A stretch of 63,642 nt of DNA, counting the filler, from Chiloscyllium plagiosum (lineage: Eukaryota), in assembly GCF_004010195.1 (NCBI RefSeq). It is 5 parts of one record of this genome, joined end to end, with 100 filler letters (N's around TTAATTAATTAA, not from the genome) between each part and the next. Parts side by side here need not be neighbours in the genome. Positions count along the whole stretch, not along the records: positions 38,008 to 42,357 come from NC_057710.1; positions 42,458 to 63,642 come from NC_057710.1; 3 more parts are not named here. One strand, 5' to 3'. This document shows, piece by piece, positions 38,668 to 51,223 of the stretch. The position numbers were made by a program, and so were the translations under genes. The stretch's first letter is position 1. Every line of letters starts with the position of its first letter. A model generated the notes under the pieces. That model made no database searches, had not been told where the DNA came from, and worked only from the letters and a program-made list of their open reading frames with translations.

Positions 38668-39050
38668 TTCATTCCTGATGAAGGTCCTCTGCTCGAAACG
38701 TTAATTCTCCTGCTCCTCAGATGCTGCCTGACCTGTTGTGCTTTTCCAGCACCATACTCTCAACTATGATCTCCAGCATCTGCAGTCCTCACTTTCTCCT
38801 AGTTGATTTTAACCTTACTGCGAAGCCTCTTGCAAGGATGCCTACCTTGAAGAAGTTCTCCTCCTCTCTCTACAAAGATCTCAGTGAGTCTCTCTCTCTC
38901 TCTCACACACTGCATCTCCTAGGTCATCTCTTCTGCCCTGAAGCTCTTCACTCATTCCTGATGAAGGGCTTATGCCTGAAACATTGACTCTCCTGCTCCT
39001 GGAATGCTGCCTGACCTGCTGTGCTTTTCCAGCACCACACTCTTGACCTT
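38668..39050 (+). mobile_element. Tandem Penelope family A terminal repeats with intervening candidate ORF start (MPTLKKFSSSLYKDLSES)
   Basis: Two ctgatgaagg...gaaac tails (about 38674 and 38957) separated by about 150 nt of sequence that continues past the usual 3' tail. Confidence 0.65.
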
Positions 39051-39819
39051 CTGACCCAGCCATTACAGTTTCAGGCTGTGGCTATTTATAGGGTTACAAA
39101 AGATTGCCATTTACATCCCCCCAGCTGCATGTACATAAACACAGTGAATACAGCTAGTAACGTGTGGAGGCTCAATTTGCAGAAAGCAAGCTCCGCCAGC
39201 CACAATAACAACTTATACAATGTCAGAAACATAGAAATGTGTCCCAATACACAGCACAGCAACATTATAAAACAACACAGTGATTAAAATAAAAACAAAT
39301 TACTGCGGATGCTGGAATCTGAAAACAAAAAGAGAAAATGCTGGAAAATCTCAGCAGGTCTGACAGCATCTGTAAGGAGAGAAGAGCTGATGTTTCGAGT
39401 CTAACGAGATCTGATCTGTTGGTTGTGGGATCGCTTAGCTCTGTCTATCACTTGCTGTTTATGCAACTCAGCTAATGTGAAGGAAACCTGGACATATTGA
39501 GGACATTGAACCCACTAGCTTGCCTTTATATACAACTGCCCACTGGAGGGCAGAAATGAACCTCAAAGAGCTAGCCACTGCACTCAAGAATAAAACAATT
39601 TACTGTGATTTATTTACTTCAGTCCAAAAGCAGCTCATTGCTATTGTGGAGAACCACACTGTTATTATGCACCACTTGTTTTAATTGTCAAGTTCTGACA
39701 AGATTTAAATTCTCTGTGTCAATGGGTAGTTACTGTACAGGGATAGTGGTAACAGGAATTTAACAGCAGATAGCAGACTGAGGAACCTAAAATCCAACTG
39801 CAGAAGTTTATAAAATAAA

Positions 39820-41530
39820 CTCACTATAGGAAAGTTGTAAATACGTTGGAGAGAATACAACAGGCTTACAAGAATGGTTTCAGTAGTAAGAAACTTCAGT
39901 TATGAGGATAGAATGAAGAGGTCATGGTCCTATTGCAGGAAAGTGCGACTAGTGTCGATAGTAGTGTATTTTTGGTGGTACAGACTTGATAAGATGAAGA
40001 GCCTCTTCTGTACTGTATGAATCCTTGACGCTGAGCTGAGACTGTTCTTTTGGAGTGAAAAAGGCTGAGAGGAGAATTGACAGAAGATTTTGAAGAGGAG
40101 GAGTTGCCCCTGCTCATAAAGGTCAGTTACAAGGGGCCATAGATTTAAAGCGACCTGCAAAAGAAGCAATGATGATGTGAAGAAAATACTTTTTCATTCA
40201 GTGAGTTGTTATGATATGGAATGCTCTGCCTGAAAATATGGTGGAAACAGGTTCAAGTGAGGCATTGAAGAGAGATTATTTGGATAGAAATAATGTGCAA
40301 GGATATGGGGACAAAGTGGGAAATTAGTGCATGGCAGTGATTCTCATTCGAAGAGCTGGTATAGGCACGATGGGCTGAATAGCATTCTTCTGCACCATCA
40401 GTGATTCTGTGAAAAGGCACCTTGAGTTTCTCAGCAAGCAACAGGGAGCAATGGTGAAAGACATCAATTACCAGCAACTCAGTTTTCATTGCTGATCCTA
40501 GCCAGTATTTCAGAATCTGACAGGGGATTGTCAGATTCATGAGCTTGTGTATCTGGGGCAGTTAAAAACTGAGAGAGAGAGAGAGAGAGAGAGAAAATCT
40601 GATTCAGAGAAAAATAAAATATTGAATAATCATGCACCAGGATCTTCAGGGTAACAGTGGAGAAGTATAGAACAATAATTCACACCTCCTTCCACTGGGT
40701 CTCTCGTCCAGCACAAAGTCACAGAGATGTACAGCTTGGAAACAGACTCTTCAGTCCAACTCGTCCATGCGGACCATATATCCTAAATTAATCTATTCCC
40801 ACTTGCCAGCATTTGGCCCTTAACCCTCCAAGCCCTTCCTATTCATATACCCATCCAGATGCCTTTGAAATGTTGTAATTGTACCTAACTCCATCAATTC
40901 CTCTGACAGCTCATTCCATACACGTACCACCCTCTGCGTGAAAACATTGCCTCTTCGGTCCCTTTTATTTGTTTCCCCTCTCACCTTAAACCTACGCCCT
41001 CTAGCTCCGGACTCCCCTACCTGGGAAAAAGACATTGGCTATTCACCCTATCTATGCCCCTCATGATTTTATAAACCTTCATAAGGTCACCACTCAGCCT
41101 CCCATATTCCAGCCCCAGCCTACTCAGCCTCTCTCTATAGCACAAATGCTCCAAACCAGCAACATCCTTGTAAATCTTTTATGAACACTTTCACAACATT
41201 TCTCCCACAGCAAGGAGACCAGAACTGAAAGCAATATTTCAAAGGTTCCCTAACCTGTGTCCAGTACAGCCACAACATCACACCCTAACCCCTATACTGA
41301 ATACACTGACTAATAAAGGCAAGTGTATTTTCTTCACTACCCTATCTTCCTGTAACTCCACCTTCAAGGAATTATGAACCTGCATCCCAAGGTCTCTTTG
41401 TTCAGCATCATTTCCCATGACCTTACCATTAACGTGTACATCCTGTTCTGAATTGCCTTTCCAAAATACAATACCTTCCCTTTATCTAAATTAAACTTCA
41501 TCGGGCCTTCGGACCATCGGATCAAGGTCT
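39820..41530. mobile_element. CR1 3' fragments (39820-40412 plus; 40717-41530 minus)
   Basis: CR1 RT C-terminal and 3' UTR motifs. Confidence 0.8.
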
Positions 41531-41583
41531 CTCCTGAGTCACATTTTTCATTGATATTGGAAATAGGAGGTTCTTATTCATAG

Positions 41584-41789
41584 AGTCAAGATTAGAGTGG
41601 TGCTGGAAAAGCACAGCAGGTCAGGCAGCATCTGAGGAGCAGGAAAATCGACATTTCAGGCAGGAGCCCCTCTGCCCTAAACGTCGATTTTCCTGCTCCT
41701 CGGATGCTGCCTGTCCTGCTGTGCTTTTCCAGCACCACTCTAATCTTGACTCTAACTCCAGCATCTGCAGTCTTCACTTCTGCCCAGTT
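41584..41789. mobile_element. Palindromic PLE-derived insertion with perfect 15-bp TSD
   Basis: ggttcttattcatag at 41569-41583 and 41790-41804; inverted arms of about 85 bp. Confidence 0.88.
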
Positions 41790-41943
41790 GGTTCTTATTC
41801 ATAGCTGAAGAAGGACTGTAAGGCACAGACAAATAGTAGAGCTCTTGGGCAAAACCCCACTGCAACAGAACTGTCATGGCTTTGACAGTTTTACAGTGAC
41901 AATAAGTTTCAATGGTGTTAACATAATGGAGATACTTTCACAA

Positions 41944-42357
41944 CGATGTCTCAGAGAGAGTGTAGAATGTTCTCACGGGGGAGAGGGGCCAGTAAGAGGT
42001 CATAGTCCACATTGGAACCAATGATATAGGAAGGGAAAAGGTTGAGATTCTGAAGGGAGATTACAGAGAGTTAGGCAGAAATTTTAAAAGGAGGTTCACA
42101 AGGGTAGTAATATCTGGATTACTCCCGGTGCTACGAGCTAGTGAGGACAGGAATAGGAGAACAGAGCAGATGAATGCATGGCCGAGGAGCTGGGGTATGG
42201 GAGAAGGAATCACATTTTTGGATCATTGGAATCTCTTTTGGGGTAGAAGTGACCTGGACAAAAAGGACGGATTGCACCTAAATTGGAAGGGGACTAATAT
42301 ACTGGCAGGGAAATTTGTTAGAACTGCTTGGGAGGATTTAAACTAGTAAGGTGGGGG
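41944..42357 (+). mobile_element. CR1 ORF1 C-terminal SGNH esterase fragment
   Basis: VIVHIGTNDIGR…VVISGLLPVLRAS…FLDHWNLFWGRSDL.KKDGLHLNWKGTNILAG…LN*, containing the GTND and DxxH motifs. Confidence 0.85.
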
Positions 42358-42457
42358 NNNNNNNNNNNNNNNNNNNNNNNNNNNNNNNNNNNNNNNNNNN
42401 NTTAATTAATTAANNNNNNNNNNNNNNNNNNNNNNNNNNNNNNNNNNNNNNNNNNNN

Positions 42458-42720
42458 GTTCTGGAGGGATGGTGAAAACACGGCAGGGCTGGGAGCTAGG
42501 ACCTGGTGTGGGGCTGGAGCTGGGAGTGGGGGTGGGGTTAGGCGTGGGGGCGGGGATGGAGATCGGGGCGGGGTGGGGTTCGGCGTGGGGATGGAGATCG
42601 GCGTGGGGGCGGGGTTAGGCGTGCGAACGGAGATTGGCGTGGGGGCGGGGTTAGGCGTGTGGGTGGGGTTAGGCGTGGTAACGGAGATCAGCGTGGGGGC
42701 GGGGTTAGGCGTGGTGAAGA
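42458..42720 (-). mobile_element. Penelope family A fragment: 18-bp repeat, Pro/Thr-rich ORF region
   Basis: Reverse complement matches 37630-37850 (…ccagctccagccccacaccaggtcctagctc…ttcaccatccctccag); translates to TPNPAP/TPIS repeats. Confidence 0.8.
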
Positions 42721-42999
42721 GCTGGAAGCCAAAGTTGAAGCATGGAGCAGACATTTTATAGCATGTATGAAACCTGTTGCATACATAGAAATAAATATAA
42801 TCTTTGAGGACAATGGGAGATGAGATTTAAAGCACCAAATATGAAGCAACATCTTACCTATCCCTAGATTGGTGTTAAAATACCTGTGGATAAAGATAAA
42901 AAGATTGGGGAGTTTTATTAGACTCAAGGCTGAAGACATCTAATCAATGCAGAGCAGCGATCAGCAAAGTCAATAAAATGCTGAATTACTAAAGCAAAA

Positions 43000-43358
43000 T
43001 AAAAATCACACAACACCAGGTTATAGTCCAACAGGTTTAATTGGAAGCACACTAGTTTTCGGAGCGACGCTCCTTCATCAGGTGATTGTGGAGGGCTTGA
43101 TCGTAACACAGAATTTATAGCAAAGATTTGCAGTGTGATGTAACTGAAATTATACATTGAAAAATTGATTGTCTGTTAAGCCTTTCATCTGTTAGAATAC
43201 AGTGATAGTTTCACTTCTTTCATGTGTAAATCACAAAACCTTTTTTTTTAAAACGTTGCATTCTCGGGTTAGCTGTTAACAATGATAATAGCTAGACAAT
43301 ATGTTGAAGGTGTTGGCCCCCTGTGTTCGCTGTCTATGCCATGATGTTTAGACTGATT
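43000..43358 (-). mobile_element. Penelope-like element (family C) 3' region with hammerhead core
   Basis: Minus strand cacCTGATGAaggagcgtcgctccGAAAacTAgtg at 43050-43084. The same terminus appears at 8320-8520 and 31622-31730. Confidence 0.72.
43050..43084 (-). ncRNA. Minimal hammerhead ribozyme core (PLE family C)
   Basis: cac CTGATGA a GGAGC gtc GCTCC GAAA ac TA gtg: stem I cac/gtg and a 5-bp stem II. Confidence 0.62.
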
Positions 43359-44219
43359 GCTGGCAGGTCGGACTAGATTAGGTTGGGATATCTGGTCGGC
43401 ATGGACGGGTTGGACCAAAGGGTCTGTTTCCATGCTGTACATCTCTATGACTCTAATTCAAAGCAATTAGCCATGTCTGGCAGTGGAAACTATACAGACA
43501 AAACTGCTTTGACATCTCCTTGATAAACTGGATGCTTAACGCCACAAGGACAACTTATTGACCTGCAGAAGAATTTAAGGAGTTAACTACAGGAAAACTT
43601 TCTTCAAACAGACAGTTAAAGCCAAATGTAATAAGAAACAAAGAAATTACTTTTGATGAGAAGGCAAGCAGCAGACTAGCAGTAATTTGGATGAAAGGAC
43701 TTATTAAAAAATCATCAGCGTATCACCTCAGAGACCAAAGGTCGAAAATCTGTATAAGAATCGAACACCAGAACATCTCAATGGCAGAACTTCACAGAAC
43801 AATACTGCAGAAGGATCGAACCCTGGAACATTACAGAGACAGATGGTTGAAGTCATTCTCAGATTTCACCATTAATCGGGTAGTTGGGTCACAGGCTTAC
43901 ATTTGCTTACTTGAGGGGTCTAATATTTGGTGGCTACTTACAATTAAATTTACATTGTTGTTTCAGTACTTGGTTGCCTGTGTGATTCCTTAATAAATAG
44001 CTGAATCAAAGGTAAATTGTGGTGATTTATTTACAACACACAACTCATAATCCCAGAGCAGCAATGGACATACTGAATATGTGTTTATTTTTAAAATGTG
44101 GATTGCTACAGACAGAAAAAAAGACCAACTGTGGGTGTAAATTCAATGACTGTCTGGCAGAATCCTATTTAGACTCTGGTACGGCATATCTAACAAAGTC
44201 TCAAGAAAGCTTCACAAGA

Positions 44220-45075
44220 TTGGCCTTACAATGAAGGGATGTATTCCAAACTGAACTGTAAAAGAACAGTCTGGGCTAGAGACATGATGTGTTTTCTCTT
44301 TCCAAGAATGCAGGTTAAAAGCTCTGGTACCAAGTGTACTAGTGGAAGGAGACCTGCTCGTGAACTGAGATACTGATGTGTACAAATTTGAATTTGAGTT
44401 CTGGTGTGTTCTGAAGGTCACAGCAGAAGAGCTGCCCCATAGTCACCCCTGTGTTGCCAGCAAGCCAAACAAAAAGGAACATAACCGAAAGAATTTCAAC
44501 CAAACTGCAAAGCCATGAATCCTGAAATCGACAGCTCGACTGTCAATATTTTACAATCTATTCATCATAACAATCTAGAAACTGAAACATATAACTTTTA
44601 TATTTTTGTGGACTCACCTCTCATTTCTAATCTGTGTGTATGTGTGTCGCATTGTTATTTCTTCTCACATTTAGTAATTAATAAACTCACTCGTTTTTGT
44701 TAACTCGAGAAAGAATGGTTAAATTGTCTCTTTTAAAATGTAAATTAATTTGATGTGGGGGAATGGTGTATGCAAATATGCAAGCCATTGTATCCTTCGT
44801 ATGAAGTGTATGCAAGTCATTGTATCCTTCATATGCAAGTGTATGCAAGTCATTGTATCCTTCGTATGCAAGTGAATGCAAGTCATTGTATCCTTCGTAT
44901 GCAAGTGTATGCAGTCATTGTATCCTTTGTATGCAAGTGAATGCAAGTCATTGTACCCTTTGTAAATTAACCTTGTTGCAACCAACCAACCTAGTGGGTG
45001 GGTAAATAATGAAGGGGAGCTAGTTCATTCCTCTACACCTGGCCGCTGGATAATTTGGGGTATCCCCCCGGAACT
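44220..45075 (+). mobile_element. LTR-like sequence followed by a degenerate tRNA-Pro-like PBS; 5' boundary uncertain (may extend to about 43470)
   Basis: AATAAA at 44680-44685. The end cctggccgctggataa resembles the cctggtccataaca end of the 49 kb LTR, and is followed by ttggggtatccccccgg. Confidence 0.4.
44776..44963. repeat. 33-bp minisatellite, about 6 copies
   Basis: Unit gtatgcaagtcattgtatccttcgtatgcaagt at 44808, 44841, 44874, 44907 and 44939 (partial), plus a degenerate first copy. Confidence 0.92.
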
Positions 45076-45946
45076 ATAATAACTTGGAGACCTCAGAATA
45101 GGTAATGGTTATAATACTCCATGACTAAGCAATACCCTGCCCAAAGGGTCACTCTGGATGGATAAGAACCTGTTGGCCTTCCGAATCCAGTATGACCTTG
45201 ATCTTGTGATGTGGAGTTGTAAGTTTTTTTTTTCTATTTTTTTTTCTTTTTTCACAAGGAGCTGCTGACAGGTGCCTCTTTTCCAGCAAGTAAAAAGTGA
45301 GTTGTAAGTTTTAACGGTGGGAATGACTATCCTAATCTGTAATGGTAATCAACTAAACACCTTTTGAGAGACTAAAATCTTGCATTGCTTTCAAGTAATG
45401 TAGCCCCATTAGTTTACACCAAGAAATAGCTACTGCTCAACAGAAGCTTCCATTTGTCAACAGTGAAATTCATTTGTTACTTAATTATAGTTTGTACTGG
45501 CAACGATAATTCTCCATGGTCAAATGCTTACTTAATACCACATATTAAACAGTGACAATAATAAACATTTGCTTTTTGTGTTTACTTTTTTAACAATAAT
45601 GTACTCTTCAAACACAGTGTAACTATGTGCAGCTGGTTAAATAAGTGTTTCAGCTGCAGATTAATGTTTGACTGTATGTTTTCTTATAATAGCAGTTTTG
45701 ATGAGTCAATTTACTGATATATCTGGCTAAGAGACAATTATCTTATCAGAGAGTCACCCAGAACACATCCAACAACGCCCGAATATCACAATAGAATAAA
45801 TTAAAGGCCATTCAAATTGCAATTAAAATTTGATCTTAAAAACCACATCCTTGTTGTGACACAGTAATGTCTTTTGAAGGCATTTTTATGTGCAATAGAA
45901 ATATTGGAACAGGAGTTGATCTGTGGCCTAACTCCATATGATAATG

Positions 45947-46862
45947 AGATTAGATTAGATTTCCTACAGCATGGAAACAGGCTCTTTGGTTCAACAAGTT
46001 CACACCAACCCTCCGAAGAATAACCCACCCAGACCCATTCCCCTACCCTACATTTACCCTGACTAACGCACCTAAAACTATGGGCAACTTAGCATGGCCA
46101 ATTCACCTAAACTACACATCTTTGGATTGTGGGAGGAAACCAACGCAGACACGGGAAGAACGTGCAAACTCCACCCAGACAGTCACCCGAGGTGGGACTC
46201 AAACCCGGGTCCCTGGCGCTGTGAGGCAGCAGTGCTAAACACTGAGCCACCATGCCACCCCACATACCTGCTTTTGACCGATATCCATTAACACCTTTAC
46301 TTAATAAAATAAAATCTATTTCAGATTTAAAATTAACAACATTGTTTGCTATTTGTGGAAAAGAATTCCAAACATCTACAACCCTTTGTGTGTAGAAATG
46401 CTTCCTAATATCTTTCCTGAGCAGTCTGGCCCTAATTATTAGACTACACCCCCTCGTTCTAGAATCCCCAACCAGTGGAAATTGTTTATCTTTATCTACC
46501 CAGTCTTTTCTGGTTAATTGAATCATAGAATCCTTACAGTGTGGAAAGAGGTCATTCAGCCCATCGAGTCTCATCAAACCTCTGAAAAACATCCCACCCA
46601 GACACAGTCCCCCAAACTATCCCTGTAACCCAACATTTACCATGGCTAATCCACCTAGCCTGCACATCCAGGACACTACAGGAAATTTAGCTTGGCTAGT
46701 TCACCTAATCAGCATGTCTTTGGGCTGTGGGAGGAAACCAGAGCACCTGGCAGAAACCCACACAAATGCGGGGAAAATGTGCAATCCCCACACAGCCAGT
46801 CCCCCTGGCTGGAATCAAACTGTCCCTGACACTATGAGACAGCAGTGCTAACCAATGAGCCT
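45947..46862 (-). mobile_element. Two HE1 SINEs (45947-46260; 46520-46862) nested in a minus-strand CR1 3' end (45895-46960)
   Basis: Reverse-complement HE1 motifs interleaved with CR1 3' sequence. Confidence 0.85.
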
Positions 46863-49053
46863 TGAAGACTTTCATCAGTTCACCCCTTAATCTTCCAAAT
46901 GCTAGAGAAAACGGGCGTAATTTGTATAATCCCTCCTTATAACTTAACCCCCGAAGTCCAGCTTCTGATGTCAACCATATGTAGCAGGCTTATCTCCAGG
47001 TCAGAAAGTTGGTGGTTCATTGGTGCAAACCCCAGACAGAGGTATTGAAGAGGTGATGTTCTGCAGGAGATGTTACCTTTCACCTGTTTAAAGCTTGTCT
47101 AAAGTCAACGAATTAAATTCAGACAATGTTCACATGAATCCTTATCCAATTCACAGAGATACCAACATACCTTGTAGTCCACAGTAAAATTTCAGGCTTT
47201 GCCAATAAAGTCAAAATGGAGTGCATGACAAACAATGAAGATGATATGAATCGTCCATAACAGAACACGGATGGGCTGGCAGAATGGGCAGACCAGTGGG
47301 AGAGGAAACTTAATGCAGAGCAGGTTGACATGGTGCACTTTGGGAGAGATTATGAGCTCAGGCCAAATAGACTTGAAGGCACAGCTCTAAAAAGAGGGCG
47401 GGGGGGACAAGGACTCAGGAAGAGGGTGTGATAAACCTTTGGATTCATGTGAGAAAGTAATTAAGAAGATATGGACTTCACCAGTAGAGACTTTGGGGGA
47501 AGTTGTGCTGAACCTGTCTAAGGCTCTGCTCTGGTTCCAGTTGGAGTGTTATATTCACTTCTGTTTGCCATGCATGGGAAGGGATTTTGGGGGCTTTGGA
47601 AGGATGGGGACAGTATTATCAGAAAATGGTTCCAGGTTTTAATTGCAAGATTGATTTGGAAATGTCGGATGTGTTCTCTTTAGAGCAGGGGTAACTCAGA
47701 AGAAATTCGATTAAGGTGTACTAGATTATTCCAAGTTGAGATGAAGTAGACAAAAAAAATCTGTGAGAAAGAACTTAGTTAAGCAGCAAGTGGCAATGAT
47801 TTGGAATTTGCTGCCTGTGAAGCTAGAGCAATGAAAGATTTCAAAAGGACATTGCAAAGCAATGGAGACTGGGGTGCGGGGGGAGGTGGGACTGATTGCA
47901 GTGCTCCATGGGAAGCTGGCATGGATTTGATGGACTGAATATCTTTCTTCTGTGCTGCTAATGACTAACTGTATGGCTGAGTAGTACATTCAGATCTGTG
48001 TAATCTTAGAACGTGACTGTTGATCAAAGTAACGTACAATTTGTCAGTTACCTCATGCACACCTTCAGTCCATTAATTCACCACATCTCGGAAAGCCTCC
48101 TGGAGAGACATTCGAAATACAATTATTCAATCTATGAAGTGAAGTTGGACAATGTAGTTGGCCATTTTCCTACATTCAGACCATACCATATTTTACCAAA
48201 GGGGAACTGCATGATTTAAGCAGCAAACTTGATGAGGAGTTCCCTGATTGATTCAATCTCTATTAATGTTTTTTTATTACTGATATTGCTCATCGATCCT
48301 AATGGTTCTTAGAAAGCCCTATCACAAAACATCTTGCGAATCACAGAATGGTGCTAATGAGTCCACAGAATTGTTGGCATGCCAACCCCATTTGTGTGTA
48401 AGGTACACCAGACCGTGGAAACAATCCAGTTCTGACTTGTCTAAAAACTTACGGTAGAATCAAAAGAAAGGGTATTGGACTGCTTTTGGATAGTAAGGTG
48501 TGTGGGGATGTGGGGAAAAGGTAGGAGATGAGCAGTAAATGATAGAGCCAGTACAGGCACGATGGGTCAAATGGCCTCCTTCTGCACCATAATAATTCTG
48601 TGATTCCGTAATTCCTGAACGGATTAGTTCTGAGTATTTTGAATTCAGAAGTGATTTTCTGTAAAAATAAGCCTCCTGCTTTTATACAGTCCAGAAACTA
48701 CATTACTATGCTCTGTGTTCTATCTGTATTGTGTTATCTGATGAATAAAAGCCCACGTTCACATTGTTTCTGCTCTTGATAAGCTCCACTAGCCTGTCAT
48801 AAGCAATGAATCAACTATCTGGTCTTTGTCTTCATCTTTAAATTCCTTTACTCTTTCCCAGCTTCAGCCAACAAGCTTCCAGTTCTCCTTCAAAGCCTAT
48901 TCCCTTCACTCTACTGTAGCTGGAATTGATTCATACAACACATTCCCTGCCCTCAGGAATTCCCTTCTGGAGCTTCTTTGTCTTGTCTCTTCCTTTCCAT
49001 TTTGCAAAATCGCCTGTGCACCTATTCAGTTTGATGACACCCTTAATGGTAAC

Positions 49054-49646
49054 TGTTATGGACCAGGCCAGACCACCTCAAAACATTTTAAGAAGGTAGC
49101 GCAGACCCCAACTTGTTATTTTTTGTAAAGGCAGATGTAAAGTGAACATTCCTGGAATAATGCAGCTGGTCAAGCCACTCAGCTTTAAACTAAACAGAAT
49201 TTATTTACATACTATGGTTGAAATGTGAATAAAAGAAAACAGAGTTTAGATTAACTTATTTGATAACTCAACCAACTCTATCGCAAGTTCACGAAGCTGT
49301 TCCAATCCCTTCAACATCCGTAAACACACTCCTTGGAAAAAGGTAAATTCAAACACAGTTTCTTATAGGCAGGAGAGATTTCAGACAGAAAGTTCAGGCA
49401 AGAAACATTTGTTAAAGCATGGGACCTCTTTTCACTGTGACTGTTTTTCTAGGTCCCTAGCAGTTTTCTGACTGCTTGCTAAAACAAAACAAACTGGGAA
49501 AAAAAACCTGAATTGGGAGAATTGGCCATACCCCTGTCATTGTCCAAAGTAAGCAACTCCAGACAAATCAGCACCTCTGCCTTTATGACCCCTCTTGGAA
49601 AAAAACAAGGACAACATAACCTTGTTAAAGGGTCAGCATTGTCACA
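49054..49646 (-). mobile_element. Candidate solo LTR (Gypsy/ERV-like)
   Basis: TG…CA termini (tgttatggaccagg … tgtcaca); minus-strand AATAAA at 49200-49205. No TSD seen. Confidence 0.5.
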
Positions 49647-49779
49647 TCATACTTCCTCCAACTTGAGTTGCTCAACTTCCACTTTATATTCTACTCTGGA
49701 AAGTACTCTGAAACATTTTCCAGTATGTGAGAAACATTGTTTGTGATGTAAGTTGCTGAAGGACTAAAAAAGGCAGCAC

Positions 49780-50655
49780 ACTGGATGTTGGTTTGCTCAC
49801 TGAGTTGGAAGGTTCGGTTCAGATGTTTCATCACCATACTAGATAACATTTTCAGTGAGCCTCCGGATGAAGCACTGGTGGTGACGTCATTTCCTCTGGT
49901 AACATCATTTCCTATAGTGGTTGCATTTCCTGTTCTTTTTCTCAGGGGGTGGTAAATAGGATCCAAGTCAATGTGTTTGTTGATAGAGTTCCAGTCGGAA
50001 TGCCTGGCTTCTAGGAATTCACATGCATGTCGGTGTTTGGCTTGGCTGGAGATGGATGTGTTGCTCCAGTTGAAGTGGTGTCCTTCCTCATCCATATGTA
50101 AGGATACTAGTGAGAGTGGGTCATGTCTTTTTGTGGCTAGTTGATGTTCATGTATCCTGGTGGCTAGTTTTCTGACTGTTAGTCCAACGCAGTATTTGTT
50201 ACAGTCCTTACAAGGTATTTTGCAAATGACATTAGTTTTGCTTGTATGTATAAGGTCTTTCAAGTTCATTAGCTGCTATTTTAATGTTTTGGTGGGTTTG
50301 TAGGCTACCATGATGCCAAGGGGTCTGAGTAGTCTGGCAGTCATTTCCAAGATATCTTTAATGCAAGGGAGAGTGGCTAGGGCTTCTGGACATGTTTTGT
50401 CTGCTTGTTTGCTTGTCTGAGAAAAAGAACAGGAAATGACATCACCACTGGAAATGATGTCACCAGAGGAAATGACATAAGCAACCCAAGGAAACCCAAA
50501 CACATAAATAGAAAGTGGGCAGTGCTTCATTGGAGTCCCACTGATGATGTTATCTAGTATGGTGACGAAACATCTGAAAACAAACCTTCCAGCTCGGCGA
50601 GCAAACATACATCCAGAACCTCAACCTGACCTACAAATCTTCTCAAAACTCATTA
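49780..50655 (-). mobile_element. Penelope-like element (family B, Poseidon-type GIY-YIG) with inverted terminal segments
   Basis: ORF 49691-50269(-) gives NVICKIPCKDCNKYCVGLTVRKLATRIHEH...FLEA...SINKHIDLDPIYHPL. 49781-49880 is the reverse complement of about 50520-50620, and each segment carries a hammerhead-like core. Confidence 0.85.
50539..50576 (+). ncRNA. Minimal hammerhead ribozyme core (PLE family B)
   Basis: ca CTGATGA t gttatc tagtat ggtgac GAAAC ATC tg; stem II gttatc/ggtgac pairs with G-U wobbles. Confidence 0.55.
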
Positions 50656-50777
50656 GGCAACAAACTTTCAACTGGAAGTGTGTCAGGGGACAGTTAGCTC
50701 AGTTGGCTGATTTGTGATGCAGACTGTCTGTACAGCAGCCAGTGACTAGTGGGGTATTCCAAGGATCAGTACTTGGA

Positions 50778-51223
50778 GTTTAGACTAGAGTGGTGCTGGA
50801 AAAGCACAACAGGTCAGGCAGCATCCAAAGAGCAGGAAAATCGATGTTTCGGGCAAAAGCCCTTCACCAAGAATGGAGGCAGGGAGCTTCCAGGATGAAG
50901 AGATAAGTGGTGGGGGTGAGGGGGGGTGGTGGCTGGGGCTGTGCAGAAGGTAGCAAAGAGTACAATAGGTGAATGGGGGTGGGGATGGAGGTGATAGGTC
51001 AGAGGGGAGGGTGTAGTGGATAGGTGGGAAGGGAGATTGGCAGGTAGGACAGTCATGAGGACAGTGCTGAGCTGGAAGGTTGGAACTGGGGCAAGGTGGG
51101 GGGAGGGGAAATGAGGAAACTGGTGAAGTTCCTGCTCCTCGGATGCTGCCTGACCTGCTGTGCTTTTCCAGCACCACTCTAATCTAACCACTGGTTTCCA
51201 GCATCTGCAGCCCTCACTTTTGC
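50778..51223. mobile_element. PLE family A insertion (inverted 3' segment plus short sense tail) with 12-bp TSD, splitting a CR1 RT PQGSVLG motif
   Basis: tcagtacttgga at 50766-50777 and 51224-51235. Confidence 0.85.

Noticed and set aside
44776..44963. CRISPR-like array
   Set aside because: Units are contiguous with no unique spacers, in a eukaryotic context; it is a minisatellite.
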